Of a stretch of 64,000 nucleotides of DNA, positions 1 through 9,493 are shown in pieces (the stretch's first letter is position 1; each line of letters begins with the position of its first letter). The stretch is from assembly GCA_964632315.1 (NCBI GenBank), contig CAZWEM010000004.1, forward strand, positions 32,001-96,000. Reading direction: 5' to 3'. This DNA is from an uncultured archaeon (GTDB lineage: Archaea > Asgardarchaeota > Lokiarchaeia > Sigyniarchaeales > SOKP01). The notes beneath the pieces were generated by a model, which saw only the letters and a list, made by a program, of their open reading frames with translations, searched no databases and was not told where the DNA came from. The translations under genes were made by a program, and so were the position numbers.

Positions 1-776
1 CTAGAAATGAGCTTCACGTACCAGCTCTTTTAGAAATACTTAAGATCCCCTATAGTGGTTCTGGTCCACAATGTTTAGCATTTTGTTATGATAAGTCATT
101 GATTAGAGGCATAGCGAAAGAATTGGATATTCCTGTTCCTGAAGCATTGTTCATAAAACCAGAAGATAATGTTATTGACTTACCACTATATTTCCCAGCA
201 ATAGTTAAACCAAATTTAGGAGATTCTAGTTTTGGAATAACGCAAAGAAGTGTAGTGAATAATGGTGAACAGTTATTAAGTGCAATAAGAGAAATTAGAG
301 AAAAATTTGGATATGATCATCCGATATTGGTGGAGCAGTTCTTAACAGGCAAGGATTTAACAATTGGAATAATTGGTAACCCTCCAGATAATTATCTCGT
401 GCTACCAACATTAGAAGAGGATTATTCAAATTTACCTCCAGAATTACCACGAATATGTGGTTATGAAGCAAAATGGCAACCGGATTCACCGTATTGGAAC
501 CTTAGTTCCATCAAAGCTGAGCTTCCAGAGGATGTAGCTTTAAAGATTGAAAGCTGTTCACTAAAGTTATTTGAGAGATTAGAGTGCAGAGATTATGTTA
601 GATTTGATTGGAGATTAGATAAGGATGGGAACCCAAAATTACTTGAAGTGAATCCAAATCCAGGATGGTGTTGGGATGGTCATCTAGCAAAAATGGCAAA
701 ATTTGATGGCCTTAATTATCAGCAAATGCTGGAGAGAATTTTAAATACTGCTGAAAAACGAATTGGAATTACATAA
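1..776 (+). CDS. D-alanine--D-alanine ligase-family ATP-grasp protein (5' truncated by window edge)
   Basis: Frame is open from nt 3 (RNELHVPALLEILKIPYSGSGPQCLAFCYDKSLIRG...), upstream of the called TTG at 99. Ddl-type motifs: IVKP..GDSSFGI, LVEQF, RFDWR, LLEVNPNPG. Confidence 0.8.
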   Translation, partial: RNELHVPALLEILKIPYSGSGPQCLAFCYDKSLIRGIAKELDIPVPEALFIKPEDNVIDLPLYFPAIVKPNLGDSSFGITQRSVVNNGEQLLSAIREIREKFGYDHPILVEQFLTGKDLTIGIIGNPPDNYLVLPTLEEDYSNLPPELPRICGYEAKWQPDSPYWNLSSIKAELPEDVALKIESCSLKLFERLECRDYVRFDWRLDKDGNPKLLEVNPNPGWCWDGHLAKMAKFDGLNYQQMLERILNTAEKRIGIT

Positions 777-798
777 CTAAACTAAAGGGAAATATCGC

Positions 799-2016
799 AT
801 GCAATCCGTAGGAGACGACGAGGATAAAAAAAGAAGAGATGAGGAAGATCTAGAATACCTTACTTCTTATATTCGTCATCTTGAGAATAGGATAAAAATC
901 ATTGAAAGTGATAATCAATATTTACGAGTTGAGACCGCTAGAATAAATGATGATTTACGTTCACTTAAAAAAGAATTAGATAGCCTTGTTGAAACACCCT
1001 TGTTAACGGGAACGGTTATAGATGTTTTGGATGAAAACTCAGAAAGATTGATCGTTAGAGCATCAACTAATGTTGAATATGTGGTAAAAGCAATTGAAAA
1101 AATCAGAAAAAATAAAATAATTCCTGGAACAAACGTAGCATTAAATCAAAGATCATTTAGTGTGGTTGATATTTTACCTACTAACATAGATCCTTATGTT
1201 AAGGGCATGGAGCTCATGGATACGCCCCCAGATGTGTCATATCAAGATGTAGGGGGATTAGAAGAGCAGATCCAGGAGATTAGAGAAGCAGTAGAATTGC
1301 CTTTACTAAAACCCGAATTATTCAAAAAGATTGGGATAGATCCTCCTAAGGGAGCATTATTTTATGGTCCTCCTGGCACTGGAAAAACTTTATTAGCTAA
1401 AGCAGTTGCTCACGAGACACAATCGACGTTCATTAGAGTGATCGGTTCAGAATTAGTCCAGAAATTTATTGGGGAAGGTGCTCGAATAATTAGAGAAATC
1501 TTTACTTTAGCAAAGAAGAAAGCACCCACAATATTATTCGTAGATGAATTGGATGCAATTGGAACGGTTAGAATGGAAGATGCTACATCAGGTGATCGTG
1601 AGGTTAATAGAACTTTAATGCAATTGTTGAGTGAATTAGATGGATTCGATAATAGAGGCGATGTGAAATTCATTGGAGCAACAAATCGAGTTGACATTCT
1701 TGATCCTGCTATCTTACGACCAGGTAGATTTGATAGATTGATTGAGTTTCCTCTACCTAATGAGATTGCTAGGGAAGCGATATTTAAAATTCATATGAGA
1801 ACTCTAAATATGGAGGAAAATATAAATGTAAACCAATATGTCAAACTTGCAGAGGGTGGAACAGGTTCAGATATTAAAGCGATTTGTACTGAGGCAGGAA
1901 TGTATGCCATTAGAAGAAATGAATATACAATAACTAATGGAGACTTTTTAAACGCGATTAAAAAAGTTCTGCATAAAGAACTTGCTGAAGAAGAAAGATT
2001 TGATCTGTTTATCTGA
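799..2016 (+). CDS. pan: Proteasome-activating nucleotidase (AAA+ ATPase)
   Basis: N-terminal coiled coil and OB domain, DVGGLEEQIQEIREAVELPL, Walker A GPPGTGKT, pore loop KFIGEG, Walker B FVDELD, SRH LDPAILRPGRFDR. Confidence 0.95.
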   Translation: MQSVGDDEDKKRRDEEDLEYLTSYIRHLENRIKIIESDNQYLRVETARINDDLRSLKKELDSLVETPLLTGTVIDVLDENSERLIVRASTNVEYVVKAIEKIRKNKIIPGTNVALNQRSFSVVDILPTNIDPYVKGMELMDTPPDVSYQDVGGLEEQIQEIREAVELPLLKPELFKKIGIDPPKGALFYGPPGTGKTLLAKAVAHETQSTFIRVIGSELVQKFIGEGARIIREIFTLAKKKAPTILFVDELDAIGTVRMEDATSGDREVNRTLMQLLSELDGFDNRGDVKFIGATNRVDILDPAILRPGRFDRLIEFPLPNEIAREAIFKIHMRTLNMEENINVNQYVKLAEGGTGSDIKAICTEAGMYAIRRNEYTITNGDFLNAIKKVLHKELAEEERFDLFI

Positions 2017-2579
2017 TTATTTTACTTTTTTTCTTTTCAATAAATCCCATCTTTTTGTTATGGGAAAATTACCACCACTGACTGATTTTACTTGTTCTAC
2101 AGAAATAAAAGCCTTAGGATTATTCACATGAACTAATTCTAATATTTTAGGGAGATTTTTTCTTTTAATCACAAGTAAAACTATTCGTACTAATCCTTTA
2201 GATCCTTCGGCTGTCATGGTTGTAATACTATATCCCTGTTCATTCAAGAGATTGATCAATTTTTCAGGATTTTCCCTAATAATTAACTGTAAGCTCAATA
2301 ATCCTAACGATATTTTTCCTTCAACAATTAAACCCATATAATTTCCCATCGCAAAACCTCCAGCATAAGCGATATAGTATATAAAATTAGTTAAATTAGA
2401 AAAAATCTGGCTCATTGCTACTAACCAAATTAAGATTTCACAAAACCCAACAATCGGGGCCAAAAGTTTACGACCTTGAGAAATAAAAACTATTCTTAAG
2501 GTTCCAAGGGTGACATCTGAGACTCTAAAAAAAAAATTAGCACTGGAAGTAGAATTAATGAAAATATTTCATTGACCAT
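2017..2579 (-). CDS. DUF2179/DUF5698-type small membrane protein, frameshifted in an A10 run (ORF track shows only 2017-2463)
   Basis: ATG at 2579 gives MVNEIFSLILLPVLIFF; after the A10 run (2527-2536) the downstream frame reads RVSDVTLGTLRIVFISQGRKLLAPIVGFCE, the family N-terminal motif. Also YAGGFAMGNYMG and PKAFI. Span is 563 nt, one short of a multiple of 3. Confidence 0.75.
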
Positions 2580-2685
2580 AATCTCTATGAATTAATCTAG
2601 ATGATAATAATTGTTTTAATATTAATATCTAATTTAAAGTAGACGGATTTTATCTAATTTACTATCTGTTCGACTAGTATCTAGA

Positions 2686-3345
2686 TCACTTATAGTACAT
2701 CATTAATTTTGAAATGTCGATTGGACCTTTAATGTTAATTAAACTCACTAGATTATCATCTAAAGGTTTAATTAACTTTTCTACGGATACATAATTTATT
2801 GTCCAGTTTTTGTCAATTAGGTTTAATAATCCATAATTTTCATTCGTTAAAATTTCTTTAGCTCGATTTAAACCTTTCGCAACGGGATAGATGGCGAAGT
2901 AAGGCTCTAAAAAACCATTTTCCCATCGAGGTATTGTACACTCGTAATTTTCGGATTGTTTTATCATAGATTTGATGACCTCTGCTTTAATTAGAGGCAT
3001 ATCACAAGACAAGACATATGCTTTTTCGAATCCATGTTTGTTTAGATGTTTGAATCCGGAATAAATCCCTAGCATTGGTTTAAATATTTTAGGATGTTTG
3101 AAAAATTCTCGATCATCAACTATAAATTTAATATCTTCAGGGAAATCGATGATATCTCTATATTCATTTATCTGTTCATGAGAATGAGCCACCAAGAATA
3201 AATCTTCATCAATTTTAGATAATGTTTCAATCTGATGTAAGATCAATGGTTTTCCAAGTATATTTATAACAGCCTTCTCAACTCCGAACCGAGTACTTTT
3301 ACCTCCAATGAGAATCAGAATAGCTAGTTTTTTTCGAGTTTCCAT
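2686..3345 (-). CDS. mobA: Molybdenum cofactor guanylyltransferase
   Basis: ILIGGKSTRFGVEKA, VLSCDMPLI, LEPYFAIY, INIKGPID. Confidence 0.85.
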   Translation of the reverse strand: METRKKLAILILIGGKSTRFGVEKAVINILGKPLILHQIETLSKIDEDLFLVAHSHEQINEYRDIIDFPEDIKFIVDDREFFKHPKIFKPMLGIYSGFKHLNKHGFEKAYVLSCDMPLIKAEVIKSMIKQSENYECTIPRWENGFLEPYFAIYPVAKGLNRAKEILTNENYGLLNLIDKNWTINYVSVEKLIKPLDDNLVSLINIKGPIDISKLMMYYK

Positions 3346-3549
3346 AAGAATCCGAGTAAAAATTTTTATTTCTTAGTAATAGCTAATCAAGTTCATATAT
3401 AAGCTTTTCTTAAATAAACAGATATTAAGTTAGAGATTAACAAGAGATTATTGTAATGATTTAAATCTATGATAAGAAATAAATTAAATTTAAATTTTAA
3501 CATGGTTTTTATCATAATTATTTAAAGAAATAGTGTTTGAATAATCTTA

Positions 3550-4851
3550 ATGAATCTACCACTATTAATTTTCCTTTTCGGCATTTTTGTAATTATTTTA
3601 ATAAGCTATTCATCGAAGAAAATTGATTTTGTGGCAGTTTCACTAATGGGATGTTTTATCGCGGGATTTATTACAGGGTTAATTTATGGATTAGATCTTA
3701 GTTTTTTTATTTCAAAAATAGAATTTGAAGCTATTATCGTAATCTTAAGCATGAGCATTATTACTAAAATTGCGCAAGATTCAAATATCCTTGAATATAT
3801 CGCAGTTAAATTATTTAAAGTATCGAAAGGGAATAGAACTATTTTCTTCTACTTGATTTGCATAATAACTGTGCTTTTAGCGGCAATAATTAGTGATATG
3901 GTTGTGGTACTAATATTAGGACCAGTTGTCATAAGACTTTGTAGGTTTTTAAATACTCGAGCCGGCACATACTTGCTTGGAATGACAATATGTATTAATA
4001 TAGGCTCAATTATTACACCTTTTTCATCCGGAGAAAACATTATTATTTCCACCTACTTCAATCTAGATACATTGTATTTTATTACGTATTATTGGGGATT
4101 TTCTTTTTTCCTCTTATTTATTACCATATTTTTAATTAATAGATGGCACCTGAGAAAAGAACCAGAGATCCTAGAAGAGCAAAAAAAATTTGTACTTGAA
4201 TTAGTGGATGCAAGTATCATGATTAAAAGTAAGAAAATGTTTTACCTCAACAGTATCTTTATAATAATTACAATTTCTCTTTTTGCTATTTTACCCTTTT
4301 TATATCTCACTGCTGGAGTTGCAGCTTTCGCCCTCATCCTTCTAAATAAAAAATTTACCAAGAAAAGAACAGGAGATTTATTTAAAAATATTGAATGGGA
4401 GATAATTTTCTTCTTTATATCTTTATACGTAGTAATTGCGTGCTTGCTTGAAGCGGGATTTGATGAGATTTTCAAAAACATTCCATTTCAACTTTTAAGT
4501 CCTTTCATATTAAGCTTGGTGATACTTGTTCTTGTAAGTCTTATATCAGGTTTTGTTGCAAATACACCTACAGCATTGATTTTTATTCCCATTATCGACC
4601 TACTAATTCAAAGTTTTCATTTTCCTTCAGTACCATTATTCTTTGCTTTTATTATTGCTATTAATATTGGCGGAAATCTAATACCTCAAGGAGCAGCATG
4701 TGATATGATGACATTAAAAATAGCACAGAATAATGCCGTGGAAAATTTAGATTATAAACGGTTGTTAAAAGTAGGAGCAACATTTGCTATACTTCACACA
4801 AGTTTGTCTATAATTTACTTATTTTTTTTAAGTTTATTAACTGGATTTTAA
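3550..4851 (+). CDS. ArsB/NhaD/SLC13 (IT superfamily) ion or anion permease
   Basis: About 11-12 hydrophobic helices; repeated NIGSIITPFSSGEN and NIGGNLIPQGAAC motifs; SGFVANTP. Confidence 0.8.
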   Translation: MNLPLLIFLFGIFVIILISYSSKKIDFVAVSLMGCFIAGFITGLIYGLDLSFFISKIEFEAIIVILSMSIITKIAQDSNILEYIAVKLFKVSKGNRTIFFYLICIITVLLAAIISDMVVVLILGPVVIRLCRFLNTRAGTYLLGMTICINIGSIITPFSSGENIIISTYFNLDTLYFITYYWGFSFFLLFITIFLINRWHLRKEPEILEEQKKFVLELVDASIMIKSKKMFYLNSIFIIITISLFAILPFLYLTAGVAAFALILLNKKFTKKRTGDLFKNIEWEIIFFFISLYVVIACLLEAGFDEIFKNIPFQLLSPFILSLVILVLVSLISGFVANTPTALIFIPIIDLLIQSFHFPSVPLFFAFIIAINIGGNLIPQGAACDMMTLKIAQNNAVENLDYKRLLKVGATFAILHTSLSIIYLFFLSLLTGF

Positions 4852-4856
4852 GAAAT

Positions 4857-5966
4857 TCATGTTCTAAAATAATCTATAAGGGTGAATATGAATTCAATAA
4901 CAAATACAAAAGTAAGAAGAATTTCTAAGTATAAGAGATATCCTTCATTTTTATTCGTTTGAGCAGTGTTATAAATATCTCCTATAGTTTCGAGGCGTTG
5001 CCTAATGCTTGTAATCCAATGCTTAAGTTGAAACAATTCTGAGAGATCGACATAGATTTGAGCTAAATAGTAATTTCCAATTAATTTTGAAACGTTTTCT
5101 ACTTTATCTAAAATAAACGTTAAATCATATTTTATTCTCAATAATTTCCCTACTTTTTTACTTATTCTTCTGAGAAGTAAAGGTCCAGTAAAATAAATCA
5201 TGCGAATATCTTCTTCAGCGATATTTAATCTCTTGTCTAATAATTTATCTAATACCCGCAATTCTAACAACTGATAATTGGTAATTTCCGTCACTAATAT
5301 TACATCTTCGTAATCTAGGTTAGGATCGAAGATTATTCCACGGTCAAAATCCATAATAACTAAATCATTTTTCAAAAATGAAAAAGGATTGGTTAAGGTT
5401 TCATTTATTTGAGTCTCATGTAGATTTAAATCGGGATTTTCTCCCATCAATAAACAAGCTATATATTCCTTATTAGCCTCAACAAATTCTGAAGGATTAA
5501 TATCATTGGTTATACAATATAATGTATATTTTTCATACTCAAATTCACTTGGAGTAAAATCGGGTTCTTCAATATAATCTTTAATTTGCTGAAAAGTCCT
5601 TTCATTTTGAAATTTCAAATATTCATCGATATTATAATCTTTTCCATCAATGGAAAATTTGATCCTACTTATGGTATGAAGCTTGTTTAATGGAAGTTCA
5701 TTAAACGTGATTCGAGCGATTAATGAAATTACGCCATCTTCATATAATTTTATCTGAAGATCTACTTTATTTATAAATTCTGATTCAGCTAATATCTCTT
5801 GTTGAAAGTCTAATCTTAAACATTCGGGAAAATCTAAGTAAGAAGGGGTATTTTTTGTTTTTATAATTTTTTTATCAGGAATACCAGGAAAAATGAAACT
5901 CGCTTCTTTAAGATAGATTTTTCTTCCAACATCAGTTAAACTCATGAATATTACTTCCCCATTCAA
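4857..5966 (-). CDS. Uncharacterised protein, RMD1/DUF155-like helical region with a C-terminal TM helix
   Basis: LLELRVLDKLLD...YLAQIY...W..SIRQRLE followed by LEILLTFVFVIEF; resemblance recalled from memory. Confidence 0.45.
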   Translation of the reverse strand: MNGEVIFMSLTDVGRKIYLKEASFIFPGIPDKKIIKTKNTPSYLDFPECLRLDFQQEILAESEFINKVDLQIKLYEDGVISLIARITFNELPLNKLHTISRIKFSIDGKDYNIDEYLKFQNERTFQQIKDYIEEPDFTPSEFEYEKYTLYCITNDINPSEFVEANKEYIACLLMGENPDLNLHETQINETLTNPFSFLKNDLVIMDFDRGIIFDPNLDYEDVILVTEITNYQLLELRVLDKLLDKRLNIAEEDIRMIYFTGPLLLRRISKKVGKLLRIKYDLTFILDKVENVSKLIGNYYLAQIYVDLSELFQLKHWITSIRQRLETIGDIYNTAQTNKNEGYLLYLEILLTFVFVIEFIFTLIDYFRT

Positions 5967-5976
5967 CTTAGCTCTC

Positions 5977-7170
5977 TCATTTTTCTTTTATTTTCTTATA
6001 TAAAGGAGATATTTTCCTCAATCTTTTAATTACTAAAGGAATGTGTTTTAGAAAATAATCTACTTCTTCTTCGGTGGTGAATCTCCCTAACGAAACTCTA
6101 AGAGAACCATGGGCATCTTGAGGGTTTAATCCTATTGCAAGTAAAACATGAGAAGGATCCAATGATTTAGAAGAGCATGCTGAACCTGTAGAGGTTCCAA
6201 TGCCCATTGCATCTAAATCTAACACAATCGACTCGCCTTCAACATATTTAAATCCCAGATTTATATTGTTGGGCAAACGAGAAGTAGGATGCCCATTTAA
6301 ATAGCTTTCATCTATATTATGCAATATAGTTTTGATGATCTTATCTCGTAATTTTGTTTCTCTTACAATTTCCTCTGGCATCTCATTTTTAGCTATTTCA
6401 GCAGCCTTAGCGAATGCGGCAATTGCAGGAACGTTCATAGTGCTGGGCCTTAAGTCTCTCTCATGCCCTCCGCCATGCATTATTGGTTCAAGTATCTTAC
6501 CCCATCCCTCACGATTGCCTTTATTTCTTGTATATAGCATGCCAACTCCCTTTGGACCGTAGAGTTTGTGAGCAGATGCTGATAATAGGTCGATATGTAA
6601 TTCTTCTACATTTATAGGGATCTTTCCAACGGCTTGAACAGCATCTGTATGGAAGATCACATCATATTTTTTTGCAATACGCCCAATATCTCTAATAGGT
6701 TCAATAGTCCCGATCTCGTTGTTCGCAAACATAATACTTATTAAGATAGTGTTATCTGTAATGGATTCTTCAAGAAGTTTGAGGTCGATTAAACCTTGAT
6801 TATCTACGGGCAAATATGTAACTTTGAATCCTTGTTTTTCTAAAAATTCGCAAGTTTTTTCTACAGCATGATGTTCAATTGCAGTTGAAATAATGTGATT
6901 TCCACGTTTTTTATGTTTATTAGCAACTCCAAGAATAGCAAGATTATCTGCTTCAGTTCCAGATGATGTAAAAATAATATCATCTCTGGGGGCACCAATC
7001 AAAGAAGCGATGGTTCGCCTAGATTTAAGTAGTGTTTTTGCTGCTTTTTGGCCTATATCATGTAGACTTGAAGAATTTCCATAATTTTCTCTCATTTGAA
7101 GGCCAAACTCTTCAATCACTCTAGGATCCATGGGTGTGGTTGCGGCATAATCCAAGTAAACATACTTCAT
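5977..7170 (-). CDS. iscS: Cysteine desulfurase (IscS/NifS type)
   Basis: YLDYAATTP, FTSSGTEADN, HTDAVQA, PLP lysine SAHKLYGPKG, catalytic Cys loop STGSACSS. Confidence 0.95.
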   Translation of the reverse strand: MKYVYLDYAATTPMDPRVIEEFGLQMRENYGNSSSLHDIGQKAAKTLLKSRRTIASLIGAPRDDIIFTSSGTEADNLAILGVANKHKKRGNHIISTAIEHHAVEKTCEFLEKQGFKVTYLPVDNQGLIDLKLLEESITDNTILISIMFANNEIGTIEPIRDIGRIAKKYDVIFHTDAVQAVGKIPINVEELHIDLLSASAHKLYGPKGVGMLYTRNKGNREGWGKILEPIMHGGGHERDLRPSTMNVPAIAAFAKAAEIAKNEMPEEIVRETKLRDKIIKTILHNIDESYLNGHPTSRLPNNINLGFKYVEGESIVLDLDAMGIGTSTGSACSSKSLDPSHVLLAIGLNPQDAHGSLRVSLGRFTTEEEVDYFLKHIPLVIKRLRKISPLYKKIKEK

Positions 7171-7301
7171 TGTATTATCAAATCAATGTGCATTTCTTAA
7201 TAATGAATAAGAATATAATTAAAATTATTAGAATTTTGATCGAATAAGTAATTTTTCAAACTCAATTCATTCTAATTTAAAGCGATTGTGTATAAAAATT
7301 A

Positions 7302-7607
7302 AGAGCAAAAAATTCTTGGCTGACGTGTACCGCATCATGGACCTTAAAAGCGGCAACAGACTGGATTTTAGGAATACGACCAGAATATCATGGATTAAAA
7401 ATTGATCCGTGTACTCCAAAATCATGGGATAATTTTCGAGTTAGACGTCATTTTAGGGATAAAATTTACGATATAGAAGTTCAAAATCCCAATAATATCT
7501 CAAAAGGAGTAAGAAAAATAATTATTGATAAAGTTAGTCAAGATAGCAATCTTATCCATGTATCTAATCATAAAAAGAAATATAAGGTTCTAGTAATTAT
7601 GGGTTAA
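7302..7607 (+). pseudogene. C-terminal remnant (about 100 aa) of a GH94 cellobiose/chitobiose phosphorylase
   Basis: Frame without a usable start reads RAKNSWLTCTASWTLKAATDWILGIRPEYHGLKIDPCTPKSWDNFRVRRHFRDKIYDIEVQNPNNISKGV...VLVIMG*, matching the GH94 C-terminus (AKNSWLTGTAxW...ILGIRP...GL.IDPC.P..W). An in-frame TAA at 7293-7295 precedes it. Confidence 0.8.
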
Positions 7608-7688
7608 ATTTTTGATATCTTTCTAAAATAAAATCTCTTTCTTTCACATAGAATTTTTAAAAATGAAGAAATATACTTCAAAATTAGT

Positions 7689-8219
7689 ATGCCGAAGAAT
7701 GTCTTTAAAATTTTTATTATCGGTACAAAAAATTCCGGATTACAACAATTAATAGATTATGAAATGAGCGATGGGTTTTTTTTAGATGCGAGTCATATTT
7801 CCGGTGTTGATTTAGCCACAAAAATGATTCAAGTGAACAAGAAGACTTGGATGTTACAATGTTGGATAGTTGATATAGACAAGATTTTTGGACGATTACA
7901 CGATTTATATCCTCGCTATTTAAGAGGAACCCATGGAGCGATTTTAATAGTGAATCTCGGAGATTTAAATAGTTTAAATAAGTTAGAGGAGTGGATCTCT
8001 CTTATTAGAGAGAATCCTAAGAAAATACCCATCTTAATAGTAGGGGATCGTCCTAAAGTGAAACAGAACAGACAAATTTCTGAACGAGAAGGTATTCAGT
8101 TTGCAAAGGAGCACGGATTAGCAGGTTATATGGAAATTGATAGTTATAGTGAATTCAATACATCGAGTATGTTCGAAAGAATTACGAGTTTAATTTTAAA
8201 ACATGAAGATAACCTCTAA
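7689..8219 (+). CDS. Rab-like small GTPase-fold protein with degenerate G motifs (probable pseudo-GTPase)
   Basis: Rab-like segments FKIFIIG, GVDLATKMIQV, YLRGTHGAILIV, IPILIVG, FAKEHGL..YME. G1 is GTKNSGLQQ, G3 is CWIVD, G4 is GDRPK. Confidence 0.75.
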   Translation: MPKNVFKIFIIGTKNSGLQQLIDYEMSDGFFLDASHISGVDLATKMIQVNKKTWMLQCWIVDIDKIFGRLHDLYPRYLRGTHGAILIVNLGDLNSLNKLEEWISLIRENPKKIPILIVGDRPKVKQNRQISEREGIQFAKEHGLAGYMEIDSYSEFNTSSMFERITSLILKHEDNL

Positions 8220-8315
8220 TCTCACAAGAAGTTAAGTGAAGATTTAAATATACACGATCTCAAATTATTATTATTCAGAAAAGTAGATCGTAAAACATGA
8301 AGAGGTTCTTCTAAA

Positions 8316-8879
8316 ATGAGTTTTTCTATACTTTGGGGGATAACTGGAACTGGTTATTTAATTGAGGAATCCATTAACTTGATGAAAGAATTACAGGAAA
8401 ACTATGATATCAAAATAACCGTTATGCTATCAAAAGAAGGCGCTGTGGTGGTTAAATGGTATAAACAATGGTTGCATCTCACTGAAGTCATCAGTCGGGT
8501 TTCTGTGGAAAAAACACCAAATAATCCTTTCTATGCTGGACCTTTACAAATTGGCAAATATGACTTCTTTATCACTTGTCCAGTATCTGCAAATAGCGTC
8601 GCTAAAATTGTAAATGGAATCGCCGACACTTTAATAACTAATTGTATAGCACAAGCAATTAAGGGAGGAGTAATTTGTTATATTCTACCATCGGATCAAG
8701 ATTTAGAACCAATTACAACTAATCGACCAGATGGAAGTCCTTTAGTGCTGAAAATTCGAGATATTGAGATCGAAAACGTTAACAAGCTTCGAAAGATGGA
8801 AGGGATTCATGTAATCTCGGATTTTAAAGAGATCAAGGATCTAATCATAAAAAAATACCAAGAAACAGCTAAAAGTTAA
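8316..8879 (+). CDS. afpA: Archaeal flavoprotein (AfpA/DmrX-like, HFCD family)
   Basis: ILWGITGTG, YDFFITCPVSANSVAKIVNGIADTLITN, ILPSD. Confidence 0.75.
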   Translation: MSFSILWGITGTGYLIEESINLMKELQENYDIKITVMLSKEGAVVVKWYKQWLHLTEVISRVSVEKTPNNPFYAGPLQIGKYDFFITCPVSANSVAKIVNGIADTLITNCIAQAIKGGVICYILPSDQDLEPITTNRPDGSPLVLKIRDIEIENVNKLRKMEGIHVISDFKEIKDLIIKKYQETAKS

Positions 8880-9316
8880 GCTTCATAAAGCACTGGTTTA
8901 ATTGCCCCTTGAGGACACGAAAGCTCACATTTTAAACAACCTTGGCACTTAGCAATTTCTTTGAATTTATACCGAATTCCTTCTCTTTCTCCTGCTTCTG
9001 TTTTAACAATATCCTTATAAAATAAGTTTTTTGGACAGAACTTGCCATTATTCTCTAAACATTCTTCACACATAGTACATTTTTCGTGATCTATTTTAAT
9101 ACTAATAATTTGATCTGGAGTGGTTATTGAAGTTACCTCAATTGCATTTCTCGGGCATACTTGCACGCAATTTAAACATGCCCTACACTTAGTATAATCT
9201 ACTCTCCGGATGCCATGTTCAAAATAAATCGCATGAGCTTTACAAGCACGATAACATCGCTCACATCGCATGCATTGTTCTTGATTTATCTGAACCGGTA
9301 CGAATTTTTCTCTCAT
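8876..9316 (-). CDS. Polyferredoxin (four CxxCxxC-type 4Fe-4S motifs)
   Basis: CMRCERCYRAC, CRACLNCVQVCP, CTMCEEC...CP, CQGCLKCELSCP. Confidence 0.9.
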   Translation of the reverse strand: MREKFVPVQINQEQCMRCERCYRACKAHAIYFEHGIRRVDYTKCRACLNCVQVCPRNAIEVTSITTPDQIISIKIDHEKCTMCEECLENNGKFCPKNLFYKDIVKTEAGEREGIRYKFKEIAKCQGCLKCELSCPQGAIKPVLYEA

Positions 9317-9493
9317 AGTATTTCTACATTTTTTTAATTTTGCTATAAGCTCAATTAATCAAAATTATATTTAATATTAAAATTGATGATTATGAAATAT
9401 CAAAATTAACGCCTTTTAGCTTTCATATCTGTTTAAACTCAAGAAGTAGGAATTACAGACAAAAATCAGTATTATAAAAATTAATTAAAAAAA

